Positions 10,665 to 20,247 of a DNA stretch of 64,000 bases are shown piece by piece. How positions within the stretch are numbered: position 1 is the first letter of the stretch; each line of letters starts with the position of its first letter. Source of the stretch: Nitrospirota bacterium (GTDB lineage Bacteria; Nitrospirota; UBA9217); contig OY760142.1 in the NCBI GenBank assembly GCA_963663225.1, positions 992,001 to 1,056,000 of the forward strand, in the 5' to 3' direction. A model generated the notes under the pieces. It saw only the letters and a program-made list of their open reading frames with translations, ran no database searches and was not told the origin of the DNA. A program made the position numbers and the translations under genes.

Positions 10665-10748
10665 ACGCGACCTCCCGCGACTTACTGCATTCCTCCCCTG
10701 GCAGGCGCCAAGGGATTCCATGTCGCAGGGATTGATACCGTGTAGTTC
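10621..10748. repeat. Structured dispersed repeat, copy A
   Basis: Ungapped match to 63841-63960 (100/120 identical by hand count); two GC-rich hairpins. Confidence 0.9.
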
Positions 10749-10820
10749 GGGAAACGTTATTCCTGTTTCAAATACTGGGCGTTTTTGCGATTTCCGCGCG
10801 CTTAAAAAATGCTTTTGCCC

Positions 10821-10849
10821 TTGACACTCAATCTGGTTTTGTATATAGT
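10821..10849 (+). promoter_or_regulatory. Sigma70-type promoter of the tRNA pair
   Basis: TTGACA-17 bp-TATAGT, about 20 nt upstream of tRNA-Gln. Confidence 0.75.
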
Positions 10850-10868
10850 GCTAAATCTGAATTCACCC

Positions 10869-10942
10869 TGGGGGATCGTCCAGTGGTAGGACGACAGGCT
10901 CTGAACCTGTTTACGGGGGTTCGAATCCTCCTCCCCCAACCA
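10869..10942 (+). tRNA. tRNA-Gln (CTG)
   Basis: Cloverleaf; anticodon arm ACAGG-CT-CTG-AA-CCTGT, GTTCGAATCC T-loop, encoded CCA. Confidence 0.96.
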
Positions 10943-11004
10943 TACAACCACCAATTGTAAAATTTGCTCTTTTTACAATTTTCAGCCAAAATCTTTTCCA
11001 AGCT

Positions 11005-11080
11005 GGTCCCATCGTCTAGCGGCCTAGGACGCTGGCCTCTCACGCCGGAGACACGGGTTCGATTCCCGTTGGGACCACCA
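11005..11080 (+). tRNA. tRNA-Glu (CTC)
   Basis: GGTCCC/GGGACC acceptor stem, anticodon arm CTGGC-CT-CTC-AC-GCCGG, GTTCGATTCC, encoded CCA. Confidence 0.96.
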
Positions 11081-11194
11081 AGTTGCCAGGCCATCTCAGC
11101 ATTCTTCCATCAACGTTTTCTGCAAATTTTACTGAGACCAACCGCTAAGAACCTGCTGCAACTTCTCCTTATCTTATGCGGCCCGCAACATCAT

Positions 11195-12013
11195 TTATTT
11201 GAAAGACCGCTGCCTCACTGCCTCATAAAGAATGACGGCTGCTGCGGTGGCGACGTTCAGCGATTCAATAGTTTCCGCCATGGGGATGCGAACAAGCCAA
11301 TCCACGTTTTCCGTCATTTCCTGCGGCAACCCTCCCCCCTCCTGGCCCAGAATTACGAGTGTCGGTTTCGTCAGATCAACGCCAAAATGCGCTTTTTCGC
11401 CTGTTAATACCGTTGCAACTGTCTGAAAACCCCTCCGTCTGCATTCTTGCATAAAAGCATCTCCGCTGTGAATATGCACAATGGGCAGGCGGAGTGCGCT
11501 GCCCATTGAAGCCCGCAGAGATTTTGCGTTGAATGGGTCTACGGTCCTGGAAGTAAGAGCCACTCCTGCTGCTCCTGCCGCTTCCGCAGTCCTGATAATG
11601 GTGCCGAGGTTGCCGGGGTCCTGAAGCTGGTGCAGCATGACAATGAGCTTTGAAGCGTGGCCAAACAATTCCTCTTCCGCATGCTCTTTGATGTTTGCCA
11701 CGGCCAAAACAGGCTGAGGCGTTTTGCTTTCGGATATGGCATTCATCAGGCGTTCTGATATCCAGCAAATTTCCGCTGACTTCCCTTCTGCAAGCTTCAA
11801 AACACCTTTTCCATGATGCCGGACAAGATCAGGCGTCGCGACGACCAGGGCAATTCCGAGATCTTCCCGCAGCGCTTCTTCAACCATTTTGAAGCCTTCG
11901 ATTAAAAACGCGTGCTTTTGTTTCCGGACTTTCGGATCGGAGAGCGAGTGCAAATACTTGACAATGCTGTTTTCTTTGCTGGTGATGGGGTTGTGCGGAG
12001 TGGTTTGCTGCAT
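11195..12013 (-). CDS. TrmH/SpoU-family RNA methyltransferase
   Basis: QDPGNLGTIIRTA, LGQEGGG, IPM...ESLNVATA motifs. Confidence 0.92.
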   Translation of the reverse strand: MQQTTPHNPITSKENSIVKYLHSLSDPKVRKQKHAFLIEGFKMVEEALREDLGIALVVATPDLVRHHGKGVLKLAEGKSAEICWISERLMNAISESKTPQPVLAVANIKEHAEEELFGHASKLIVMLHQLQDPGNLGTIIRTAEAAGAAGVALTSRTVDPFNAKSLRASMGSALRLPIVHIHSGDAFMQECRRRGFQTVATVLTGEKAHFGVDLTKPTLVILGQEGGGLPQEMTENVDWLVRIPMAETIESLNVATAAAVILYEAVRQRSFK

Positions 12014-12100
12014 GGCCGGAAGTATATCATAATCATGTTTGTTCGCGAACAAAATATTTTTTGTCCGGCTCAGGAGGAAGAGAAAAAGCTGGAGAATAAT

Positions 12101-12133
12101 ATACTTGACAAAATTGGTCAAGTTTGTTATGGT
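12101..12133 (+). promoter_or_regulatory. isc promoter with overlapping IscR/Rrf2-type operator
   Basis: Palindrome ACTTGAC-N7-GTCAAGT (12103-12123) resembling the IscR type-1 site; covers TTGACA, followed by a 17 bp spacer and TG-n-TATGGT. Confidence 0.8.
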
Positions 12134-12183
12134 TATCTCAACAAAAGCGCACAAGAGATGAAAGGCAACTTCAGAGGAGACGC

Positions 12184-12651
12184 ATGAAGCTGTCTACAAA
12201 AGGAAAATACGGGGTCAGGGCAGTCGTAGAAATTGCCCGTCATTATGGTCAAGGTCCGATAACGATCAAGGAAATTGCGGAGCGGCAGGGCATTTCGTTC
12301 TCCTATCTTGAACAAATCCTGCACCGATTGGGAAAAGCCGGGCTTATTGAGAGCGTCCGCGGTCCATCGGGAGGGTACCTACTTGCGAAAAAACCTGCGG
12401 AACTGACCGTAGGAGACATTGTCCGGGTGCTGGAAGGCCCCATTGCATTATCGCATTGTCTTGAACCGGGAGAGTCAACCGAGTGCCACCAGACGGATGA
12501 CTGCGTCGCGAGGATGGTATGGGCAAAAGTCGGAGCAAAGCTGGAAGAAGCGCTCGACAGCATCAGCTTCGAAGATCTTCTGCACCGGCAACCGTCCGTT
12601 CCGATAAAGTCAAGAAAGAAGACGCCATCAGCAGGAAGGAGGGCTTGTTAA
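12184..12651 (+). CDS. iscR: Rrf2-family Fe-S cluster regulator (IscR-like)
   Basis: MKLSTKGKYG, ISFSYLEQI, SVRGPSGGY, three C-terminal Cys; first gene before iscS-iscU. Confidence 0.85.
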   Translation: MKLSTKGKYGVRAVVEIARHYGQGPITIKEIAERQGISFSYLEQILHRLGKAGLIESVRGPSGGYLLAKKPAELTVGDIVRVLEGPIALSHCLEPGESTECHQTDDCVARMVWAKVGAKLEEALDSISFEDLLHRQPSVPIKSRKKTPSAGRRAC

Positions 12652-12653
12652 TT

Positions 12654-13835
12654 ATGAGAAAAGTGTATCTAGACCACGCAGCCACGACACCGGTGCATCC
12701 GAAAGTGCTGGAGGCCATGCTTCCGTTTTTTACCGTGAAGTTCGGCAACCCCTCGAACCTGCATGATGTAGGACGGGACGCCAAGAATGCGGTAGAAGAG
12801 GCCAGAGTTGCAACTGCCGGGCTTATCGGCGCGAAACCGGAAGAGATCTTTTTTACGTCGAGCGGTGCGGAATCCAATAATTTCGCCATAAAAGGATTGG
12901 TGCAGGCCAATAACCAGAAGGGCAACCATATCATTGTTTCGCAAATTGAGCACTTTTCCGTCCTCCATCCTGTGAAAACGCTTGAAAAGGCCGGGTTTAA
13001 AGTCACCTATATCGACACCGACAAAACAGGTCTGGTAAATCCGGACGACATCGCGAAGGCCATCACGAAAGAAACCATTCTCGTTTCGATTATGCACGCA
13101 AACAACGAAATCGGGACCATTGAACCCATTGAAGAAATATCTAAAATCACGAAAGAAAAGGGCGTGCTGCTGCATACGGATGCGGTTGCGTCCGTTGGTT
13201 GGGTCCCCGTAAACGTACAAGAGCTGGGCGTGGACGCTCTTTCACTTTCCGGCCACCAGTTCTACGGACCGAAAGGAGCCGCAGCGTTGTATGTCCGGAA
13301 AGGCGTACGCATTAAACCGCAATTGGAGGGCGGCATCCAGGAAGATGGACGACGTGCAGGAACGGAGAACGTTCCCGGCATTGTCGGTCTGGGCAAAGCT
13401 GCCGAACTTGCTGCAGCGGACATTCCCCGCAGGATGACATATGTTTCTGCCCTCAGAGACAGGCTTCAAAAAGGTCTTGTGGCAAAAATAGACCACATCG
13501 TAATCAACGGCCATCCGGTAAAGAGGCTGCCGCACAATCTGAACCTGTCCATGTGGTATGTGGAGGGAGAGTCCATGCTCCTGTTTCTGAATATGCAGGG
13601 AATCTCGGTCTCCAGCGGATCAGCCTGCACTTCGCGCGCCCTCAAATCGTCTCACGTTTTAGTGTGCATCGGCACCGACGCAGCAGTGGCCAATGGAACG
13701 CTGCTTTTGTCGCTGGGGACGGGAAATACCGAAGAAGATATTGACTATGTCATAGAAACGCTGCCTCCCATTGTCCAGCGGTTGCGGGAGATGTCGCCTC
13801 TCTATGAAGACATGCTAAAAAAAGAAAAAGCTTAA
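12654..13835 (+). CDS. iscS: Cysteine desulfurase (IscS/NifS)
   Basis: YLDHAATTP, ANNEIGT, RAGTEN, SSGSACTS catalytic Cys loop. Confidence 0.93.
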   Translation: MRKVYLDHAATTPVHPKVLEAMLPFFTVKFGNPSNLHDVGRDAKNAVEEARVATAGLIGAKPEEIFFTSSGAESNNFAIKGLVQANNQKGNHIIVSQIEHFSVLHPVKTLEKAGFKVTYIDTDKTGLVNPDDIAKAITKETILVSIMHANNEIGTIEPIEEISKITKEKGVLLHTDAVASVGWVPVNVQELGVDALSLSGHQFYGPKGAAALYVRKGVRIKPQLEGGIQEDGRRAGTENVPGIVGLGKAAELAAADIPRRMTYVSALRDRLQKGLVAKIDHIVINGHPVKRLPHNLNLSMWYVEGESMLLFLNMQGISVSSGSACTSRALKSSHVLVCIGTDAAVANGTLLLSLGTGNTEEDIDYVIETLPPIVQRLREMSPLYEDMLKKEKA

Positions 13836-13852
13836 CAGAGGAGGAAGCATTA

Positions 13853-14281
13853 ATGGAACAGTACAGCACAAAAGTAATGGACCATTTCGCTCAGCCGCAT
13901 AATGTTGGCGAAATCCCGGACGCGGACGGCGTCGGCACCGTGGGCAATCCCGTGTGCGGAGATGTTATGCGTCTTTACATCAAAGTGGAAAACGATATCA
14001 TTACGGAGGCGAAATTCAAGACCTTCGGATGCGGTGCGGCCATCGCCACAAGCAGCATGGTAACAGACATGGTGAAGGGCAAATCCATCAGTGAAGCGCT
14101 TAAAATTTCCAACGCCGCGGTTGCCGAAGCGCTCGGCGGCCTTCCAAAAGTGAAGATGCATTGCTCGGTGCTCGCGGAGGAAGCGTTGAAATCGGCGCTT
14201 GACGATTACTACAAGAAAAAAGGCATCCCTTCTCCGGTGCAGATGCCGGCCAATGCAGAGCATGAACACGAAATGGAGTAA
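13853..14281 (+). CDS. iscU: Fe-S scaffold IscU/NifU
   Basis: GNPVCGD, FKTFGCG, KMHCS. Confidence 0.95.
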   Translation: MEQYSTKVMDHFAQPHNVGEIPDADGVGTVGNPVCGDVMRLYIKVENDIITEAKFKTFGCGAAIATSSMVTDMVKGKSISEALKISNAAVAEALGGLPKVKMHCSVLAEEALKSALDDYYKKKGIPSPVQMPANAEHEHEME

Positions 14282-14324
14282 TTGTTCACCGGAGAACATG
14301 CAAAAATATTGCATGTTGTAGAAA

Positions 14325-14567
14325 ATGGACGTTCAGAAAATCAAACCGGACGAGATACTGGACTGCGTTGGCTTGGCATGCCCCATGCCTATCCTGAAAA
14401 CAACGATCAAGATCAAGGATATGCAGCCCGGCCAGATACTTGAGGTGCAGGCCGACGACGACGGCATTGAAAAAGATATGCCGGCCTGGTGCGAAAAAAC
14501 CGGGCACGAGTATCTCGGTTTTAAAAAAGAAAACGATGAGTATCGCGTATACGTGCGCAAGCGTTAA
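14325..14567 (+). CDS. tusA: TusA/SirA-family sulfur carrier
   Basis: LDCVGLACPMP motif, 80 aa. Confidence 0.9.
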   Translation: MDVQKIKPDEILDCVGLACPMPILKTTIKIKDMQPGQILEVQADDDGIEKDMPAWCEKTGHEYLGFKKENDEYRVYVRKR

Positions 14568-14718
14568 CCATTGTTGATCACGCCGCCTTCTACTGCGGAG
14601 TACAGACAAGGGCCGGGTTTTCATTTTCTAATCAGAAGCCTGCGTCTACCGGTTCGGCTCCCGGCAGGATTCGATCTGAAAAATGCGGCGGCAAGGTTAA
14701 TCGACGAATGCGGTTTTT

Positions 14719-15777
14719 ATGGACGGCTACTACCAAATCTTCCTTACCACCATTATTATCGTTGCCATTGCTGCGGTTCTTCTTGCGCTTAAGAAGGTTT
14801 TTTTCAGCATTCTGCGTCATGTGATTCGGGATTCCGCGCTGCATGTCGTGGATTTTTTTGAAAAAGGTTTGCAGGTCCCCTTGACCCTGCTTATTCTTCT
14901 CCTTGCGATTTATATCGCGCTTCGTCTCGCCGACCTTCCAGCTGCATATGTTCCTTCCATCGTTGCCGGAATGTACCTGTCGCTCATCGTGACCGTCACG
15001 ATGGGCCTCGCAAACGTAAGCGGCAGGACGCTTGATTTCTTTCTAAAAAAATCCGGCCTTCCCATCTCCGTTACCGGGCTGCTTCTCGGCGTAACGAAAG
15101 CCACGATCTATGCAATCGGTTTTCTCATCGCGCTGAACTATCTCGGGTTTTCCATCACGCCGATTATTACTGCTCTTGGCGTCGGCGGCCTTGCCATGGC
15201 CCTGGCGCTTCAGGACACCCTTTCGAACCTGTTTGCGGGCATGCATATACTTGCGGAGCAAACAGTGCGGGTCGGTGATTTTATCCGGTTGGAAACCGGC
15301 CAGGAAGGCCATATTGTCGACATAGGCTGGCGTACTACAAAAATCCGCACACCGACAAGCAATATGGTCGTTGTTCCGAACAGCAAATTGTCCCAAAGTG
15401 TAGTAACGAACTACTACCTTCCGGAACGGACGATCACTATTCAGATGCCGGTCAGTGTGCATACGGACACAGCCCCGGCGTTTGCAGAGCGCATTCTCCT
15501 GGATGAAATACAGAAAGCTGTGCTCGATATTCCGGGGATCGTGCAGGAATCCGCACCGACCGTGTTCTTTACTCCCGGGTTCGGAGCCTCCTCCCTTGAT
15601 TTTACGATCAGCTGCCAGGTGCAGGATATTCTTTACCAGCAGCCGGTCCTGCACGAACTGCGCAAGCGTATATACTCCCGATTTAAGCAAGAAAGCATTG
15701 AAATGCCTTTTCCAACCCAGACAGTCTGCTTAAAAAATCTGCCCGTAAAAAGCCGAAAAAAACGTCTCCCAAAATAG
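14719..15777 (+). CDS. Small-conductance mechanosensitive channel family protein
   Basis: TM helices, ALGVGGLAMALALQDTLSNLFAG, IGWRTT, VPNS, MPFP. Confidence 0.93.
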   Translation: MDGYYQIFLTTIIIVAIAAVLLALKKVFFSILRHVIRDSALHVVDFFEKGLQVPLTLLILLLAIYIALRLADLPAAYVPSIVAGMYLSLIVTVTMGLANVSGRTLDFFLKKSGLPISVTGLLLGVTKATIYAIGFLIALNYLGFSITPIITALGVGGLAMALALQDTLSNLFAGMHILAEQTVRVGDFIRLETGQEGHIVDIGWRTTKIRTPTSNMVVVPNSKLSQSVVTNYYLPERTITIQMPVSVHTDTAPAFAERILLDEIQKAVLDIPGIVQESAPTVFFTPGFGASSLDFTISCQVQDILYQQPVLHELRKRIYSRFKQESIEMPFPTQTVCLKNLPVKSRKKRLPK

Positions 15778-15793
15778 AGAAGCGCTTTTTCTG

Positions 15794-16861
15794 TTATTTG
15801 GCCATCCCCAGAATTGTTCTCAATGTGTCAGCCAGAATCGCGCATTCTTCATCGGTACCGATCGTAATGCGCAGGTAGTTTTCAATACGCGGCAGAGGAA
15901 AATGACGCACAAGAATCGAATGCTCCCTTAATTTTTTGAGTAATTCGGCAGCACTTCGTTCAGCATGGCCGGCAAAAACAAAATTTGCAGCTGACGGTAT
16001 GACATGAAAACCGAGCGACGAAAGATTTTTTGACAGAGACTCTCTGGTCCTGATAATTTTTTTCCGGGTTTCTTCGAAATAATCACGATCTTCGACGGCA
16101 GCAACCGCGCCAGCAATCGCAAAGCGGTCAAGAGGATAGGAATTAAAGCTGTTTTTCACACGCTCCAATGCTTCAATCAGTGCGGAATGTCCGACCGCAA
16201 AGCCCACACGCAATCCGGCAAGAGACCGGGACTTGGAGAAAGTCTGAATTACCAGCAGATTGGGATGCCGGTCGATCAGTGCGACTGCGGACTCGCCACC
16301 GAAGTCTATATACGCTTCGTCGACGACCACAACGGATTCGGTGTTTCTTTGCAGCAGTTCATCAAGGGAGGCCAACGGCAACAACCTGCCGGTAGGAGCA
16401 TTCGGGTTGGGGAAGATGATGCCTCCATTGGCCCCTGAATAATCCTTGCCACACAGCTCAAAAGCATCACGCAAAGGCACTGTTTCGTAAGACACCCCGA
16501 ATAGTCTGCAAAAAACCGGGTAAAAACTATAGGTAATATCCGGGAAAAGAACCGGCCGCGGCTGTTTGAGCAAAGCCATGAACGTGAACGCCAGAACCTC
16601 ATCAGAGCCGTTGCCGACAAAAACCTGGTCAGATGTTACAGAATAATAATCGGCTACCGCCGCCTTAAGACGGTCTGCATTGGGATCAGGATACAGCCGC
16701 AGCGTGTTTCCCGCTTCCTGTCTGAGTGCTTCAAGAACGCGGGGCGAAGGGCCGTAAGGGTTTTCATTCGTGTTGAGTTTGATCAGCTTGGGAATCTTTG
16801 GCTGCTCTCCGGGTGTATAAGGCGTAAGACCGTGTACCACTGAACTCCAGTATTTACTCAT
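15794..16861 (-). CDS. hisC: Histidinol-phosphate aminotransferase
   Basis: [36 protein letters not shown]. Confidence 0.95.
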   Translation of the reverse strand: MSKYWSSVVHGLTPYTPGEQPKIPKLIKLNTNENPYGPSPRVLEALRQEAGNTLRLYPDPNADRLKAAVADYYSVTSDQVFVGNGSDEVLAFTFMALLKQPRPVLFPDITYSFYPVFCRLFGVSYETVPLRDAFELCGKDYSGANGGIIFPNPNAPTGRLLPLASLDELLQRNTESVVVVDEAYIDFGGESAVALIDRHPNLLVIQTFSKSRSLAGLRVGFAVGHSALIEALERVKNSFNSYPLDRFAIAGAVAAVEDRDYFEETRKKIIRTRESLSKNLSSLGFHVIPSAANFVFAGHAERSAAELLKKLREHSILVRHFPLPRIENYLRITIGTDEECAILADTLRTILGMAK

Positions 16862-17115
16862 GCTAAAATCCTCGTCTCAGTTTTCTCAAAAGTGAAGGGA
16901 ATCTGATCCATTATAGTTTTTTTTGCACAAGATGCAAGCCGATGGCACTAATTTGACTATTTTCGCTCCGGCAGTATGTTGTAACACGAACGACGGCGTT
17001 GCCGTCGAGAAAAACCATTCTGAAACAACGTCCGCATCCATACTATGAGTTCCTTTCCGTTTGACAATGCCCGGGGGATAGTTTAATATCACGTTATTAA
17101 AGCAAAAGGAGCCGC

Positions 17116-18180
17116 ATGCAGACTATTGCATCTCTTAAAGAAGGCGACTGGATCGAAGAAATATATCTCGTAACGTCCAAGCAGATATCCACAGCCAAAA
17201 ACGGCGTAACCTATCTTTCCCTGAAACTTGCGGATAAAACCGGCGAGATCGACGGCAGACTGTGGGACAATGCCGACGATGTGGCAGGAAAGTTCGAGCG
17301 TGAAGATTTTGTACGCATTAAAGGAATGGTGTCCAATTATCAGGGCAGCATGCAGATCAAGATGAAGCAGCTCGAAAAAGTGGACGATGCCTCAGTGGAC
17401 ATCTCCAACTTTCTGGAATCGTCGCCCCGCAGCGTGGAAGACATGGTGGCGGAGCTGAAAACCGTTGTGACCGCGCTGTCCAACCCCCATCTGCAACGGC
17501 TTCTGAACGCTTTCTTAAACGATCCTGCATTCATGGGACCGTTTAAAAAGATACCCGCCGCCAAAGCATTGCACCATAATTATATCGGAGGTCTGCTCGA
17601 ACACGTGGTGGAGCTTATAACGCTCGCCCGGGATGTTGCAAAACATTTTCCCTCCGCGGATATGGACCTGGTGACTGCAGGCGCCTTTCTGCATGACATC
17701 GGCAAGGTGCGCGAACTGTCCGTAAGAAAATCGATTGAATACACGACGGAAGGCCGCCTGCTGGGCCATATTTCCCTCGGATATGAAATGGTCACGGAAA
17801 AAATCAATGCTCTTCCGGATTTCCCTCCTGAACTTGCCATGCTGATCAAGCATATTATGCTCTCACATCACGGTGAATATGAATATGGTTCACCCAAGAG
17901 GCCAAAAATTCGGGAAGCGCTCATCATCAACTACCTAGACGATCTCGCTGCCAAGATCAATAATTTCAGCGCAACCATCAAGAAAGAACAGGTGGGCGAA
18001 GGCGAATGGACTGCATTCAGCAAAATGCATGACCGATATCTTTACCGTCACGCTGTCTCCCCTGCTCCCTCGCATGCACAGGAAACCACCGAGGAGCCTA
18101 AGCAGCCGGCCCTTAAAACTGCAAAAAACAGCCAGCGGAACGTGTCTGATGTATCCGGAAAACTGCCGCTGGATATCTGA
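17116..18180 (+). CDS. yhaM: YhaM/CBF-family OB-fold HD-domain 3'-5' exoribonuclease
   Basis: N-terminal OB fold, HHNYIGGLLEH, LHDIGK, SHHGEYEYGSP. Confidence 0.88.
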   Translation: MQTIASLKEGDWIEEIYLVTSKQISTAKNGVTYLSLKLADKTGEIDGRLWDNADDVAGKFEREDFVRIKGMVSNYQGSMQIKMKQLEKVDDASVDISNFLESSPRSVEDMVAELKTVVTALSNPHLQRLLNAFLNDPAFMGPFKKIPAAKALHHNYIGGLLEHVVELITLARDVAKHFPSADMDLVTAGAFLHDIGKVRELSVRKSIEYTTEGRLLGHISLGYEMVTEKINALPDFPPELAMLIKHIMLSHHGEYEYGSPKRPKIREALIINYLDDLAAKINNFSATIKKEQVGEGEWTAFSKMHDRYLYRHAVSPAPSHAQETTEEPKQPALKTAKNSQRNVSDVSGKLPLDI

Positions 18181-18188
18181 GGTATGTA

Positions 18189-19094
18189 ATGCTCAATGTT
18201 CTCCGCAGCCTGCGCGACGGTTTGGCAAAAACCCGCAAAGGCTTCAGCGATAAAATAGGCTCGCTTATCCTGGGAGAAAAGATTGATGAAACTTTTCTCG
18301 ATGAACTCGAAGAAGCGCTTATTGCGTCTGATGTGGGAATCGGAACCGCTTCATGGGTGCTGAAGGATTTGAGGGACAGATTCAACCGCCAGGAACTTTC
18401 CACACCGGTCCAGGTAAGAGACCGGCTCAAGCAGATACTGTATGAAATTCTCTCCGCTCAATCTTCCGTTTTTTCTCTTAAAACATCCCCGGCGGTGGTC
18501 CTTGTCGTCGGCGTGAATGGAACCGGAAAAACAACGACCATTGGAAAGCTCGCACATCGTCTTCAGACCGAGGGGAAAAAAGTGATGCTCGCCGCGGCAG
18601 ATACGTTTCGCGCGGCTGCCTCTGAACAACTCTCGATCTGGGGGGAACGCGCAGGGATTCCCGTGATCAAGCATCGGGAAGGGGCGGACCCGGGAGCAGT
18701 GGTTTTTGACGCTGTTTCCGCTGCAAAAGCCCGCTCCATGGATGTGCTTATCGTAGATACGGCGGGAAGACTGCATACAAAATCCAACCTTATGGAAGAA
18801 CTGAAAAAAGTGCACCGTATTATATCGCGGGAGCTGCCGGGAGCGCCGCATGAAACGCTCCTTGTGCTCGACGGAAACACCGGTCAGAACGCGCTGGTGC
18901 AGGCAAAAATGTTTCATGATGCGGTGGGCCTTACCGGCATCGTGCTTACCAAGCTTGATGGAACCTCCAAAGGGGGCATCGTCTTCGCCGTATACAAAGA
19001 GCTGGGGCTTGCGGTAAAGTTCGTGGGAATCGGGGAAGGCATTGAAGACCTTCGGGTTTTTAACCCAAAGGAATACGTCGACGCGCTGTTATAA
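18189..19094 (+). CDS. ftsY: SRP receptor FtsY
   Basis: GVNGTGKTTT, DTFRAAA, DTAGR, TKLDGTSKGG. Confidence 0.97.
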   Translation: MLNVLRSLRDGLAKTRKGFSDKIGSLILGEKIDETFLDELEEALIASDVGIGTASWVLKDLRDRFNRQELSTPVQVRDRLKQILYEILSAQSSVFSLKTSPAVVLVVGVNGTGKTTTIGKLAHRLQTEGKKVMLAAADTFRAAASEQLSIWGERAGIPVIKHREGADPGAVVFDAVSAAKARSMDVLIVDTAGRLHTKSNLMEELKKVHRIISRELPGAPHETLLVLDGNTGQNALVQAKMFHDAVGLTGIVLTKLDGTSKGGIVFAVYKELGLAVKFVGIGEGIEDLRVFNPKEYVDALL

Positions 19095-19132
19095 GACAGG
19101 AACAACTGCTCTAGACTGATGGATATTTAATT

Positions 19133-19417
19133 ATGGAGAGTGTGCAGGTTGAGATATTTGGCCAGACATATAGCATTAAAGGCCAGAACAATCCGGAGTA
19201 TATCCGTGAGCTGGCCTCGTTCCTGAATGACAAAATGAAGGATGTGCAAAAAGGAACGGGCACTGTAGACCCGCTTCGCGTGGCCATTCTGACAGCACTT
19301 ACCATTAGTGACGAACTATATCGCCTTCGCGATCAACTCAGTGCTCTGGAAGAAACGACAGATGCGGCTGCAAAACGACTTTTGAATCTTACCGAACAAA
19401 TTGATACTGACAAATAG
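19133..19417 (+). CDS. zapA: Cell division protein ZapA
   Basis: VEIFGQTYSI..., AILTAL..SDEL followed by a coiled coil; upstream of 6S RNA. Confidence 0.9.
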   Translation: MESVQVEIFGQTYSIKGQNNPEYIRELASFLNDKMKDVQKGTGTVDPLRVAILTALTISDELYRLRDQLSALEETTDAAAKRLLNLTEQIDTDK

Positions 19418-19614
19418 ACAATCTTTTCCTTTCACTGAATTCTTTCCTGAAAATATATTTTCTGAAGAGGCCGCCCTTTTTGGATTGTCCACGTGCAATA
19501 TACGATAATCGATTGAAATTAAAAGTTTTTTGTATCTAGCCCGGGAATGTATTCCTTTTTTCTCCTTGCCATTTCTGCATGATTCTGGTATATAATACAT
19601 ACAAGATATATTTG

Positions 19615-19797
19615 TTACCCCCTGCTTTGCGCGTGATAGATAGATCTTGTTCCTCGTGAATAAAAAATAACGGGAGCCATCATACGGAAAGGGTGTGCAT
19701 GCCCAGGCAAGACTGGGAAGCCTAAACTTTTCGACATGGCACCCACCTGGTTTATACCAGGAATCAAGAATGTCTGCACGGCAAAAGCGGGGGATTT
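19615..19797 (+). ncRNA. ssrS: 6S RNA
   Basis: ~180 nt with closing stem CCCCCTGCTTTGC-CGTG / CACGGCAAAAGCGGGGG and a central bubble; canonical position after zapA; TTGCCA...TATAAT promoter at 19566-19596. Confidence 0.85.
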
Positions 19798-20247
19798 CTC
19801 TATAACCTTATAACCTTTCAGAACGGCATCATAATTATTTTTTAATCGTTGATCAGCGCATATAAAGAAAGGGGCAGGATGTAAGGGCTCCAGCGCTTGT
19901 GATAGCATTTAGTATAAACGGAATACACGGAAGGCAACCGGAAGAATACGAATCTTCAAAGCAGTGAATGTGTATCAGTACCGCACGAAGATTTTACCAG
20001 TAATGCAACACTCGGAAACCATGGAGATATTTTGCAGATATAAAGTGCAACAAAACCTAGAGGACAGACCAGCCAGTACTAATACAGTTTTCCTGCGTTG
20101 GATTTTGACAGCAGCTGTTGTCAATGTTCTGTCCCGGAAATATCTGCAAACCACTTGATGCTTGATATCCCACGTACGGTGTTGTCCTGCTCTGGCCCGG
20201 TTTCCTGACCATCACAAGCCGCCCTGTATCCTCCTGAAGTAAACACA

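Noticed and set aside
10869-11194. Island integrated at the tRNA genes
   Set aside because: No duplicated tRNA 3' end noticed and no integrase; the flanking genes are housekeeping
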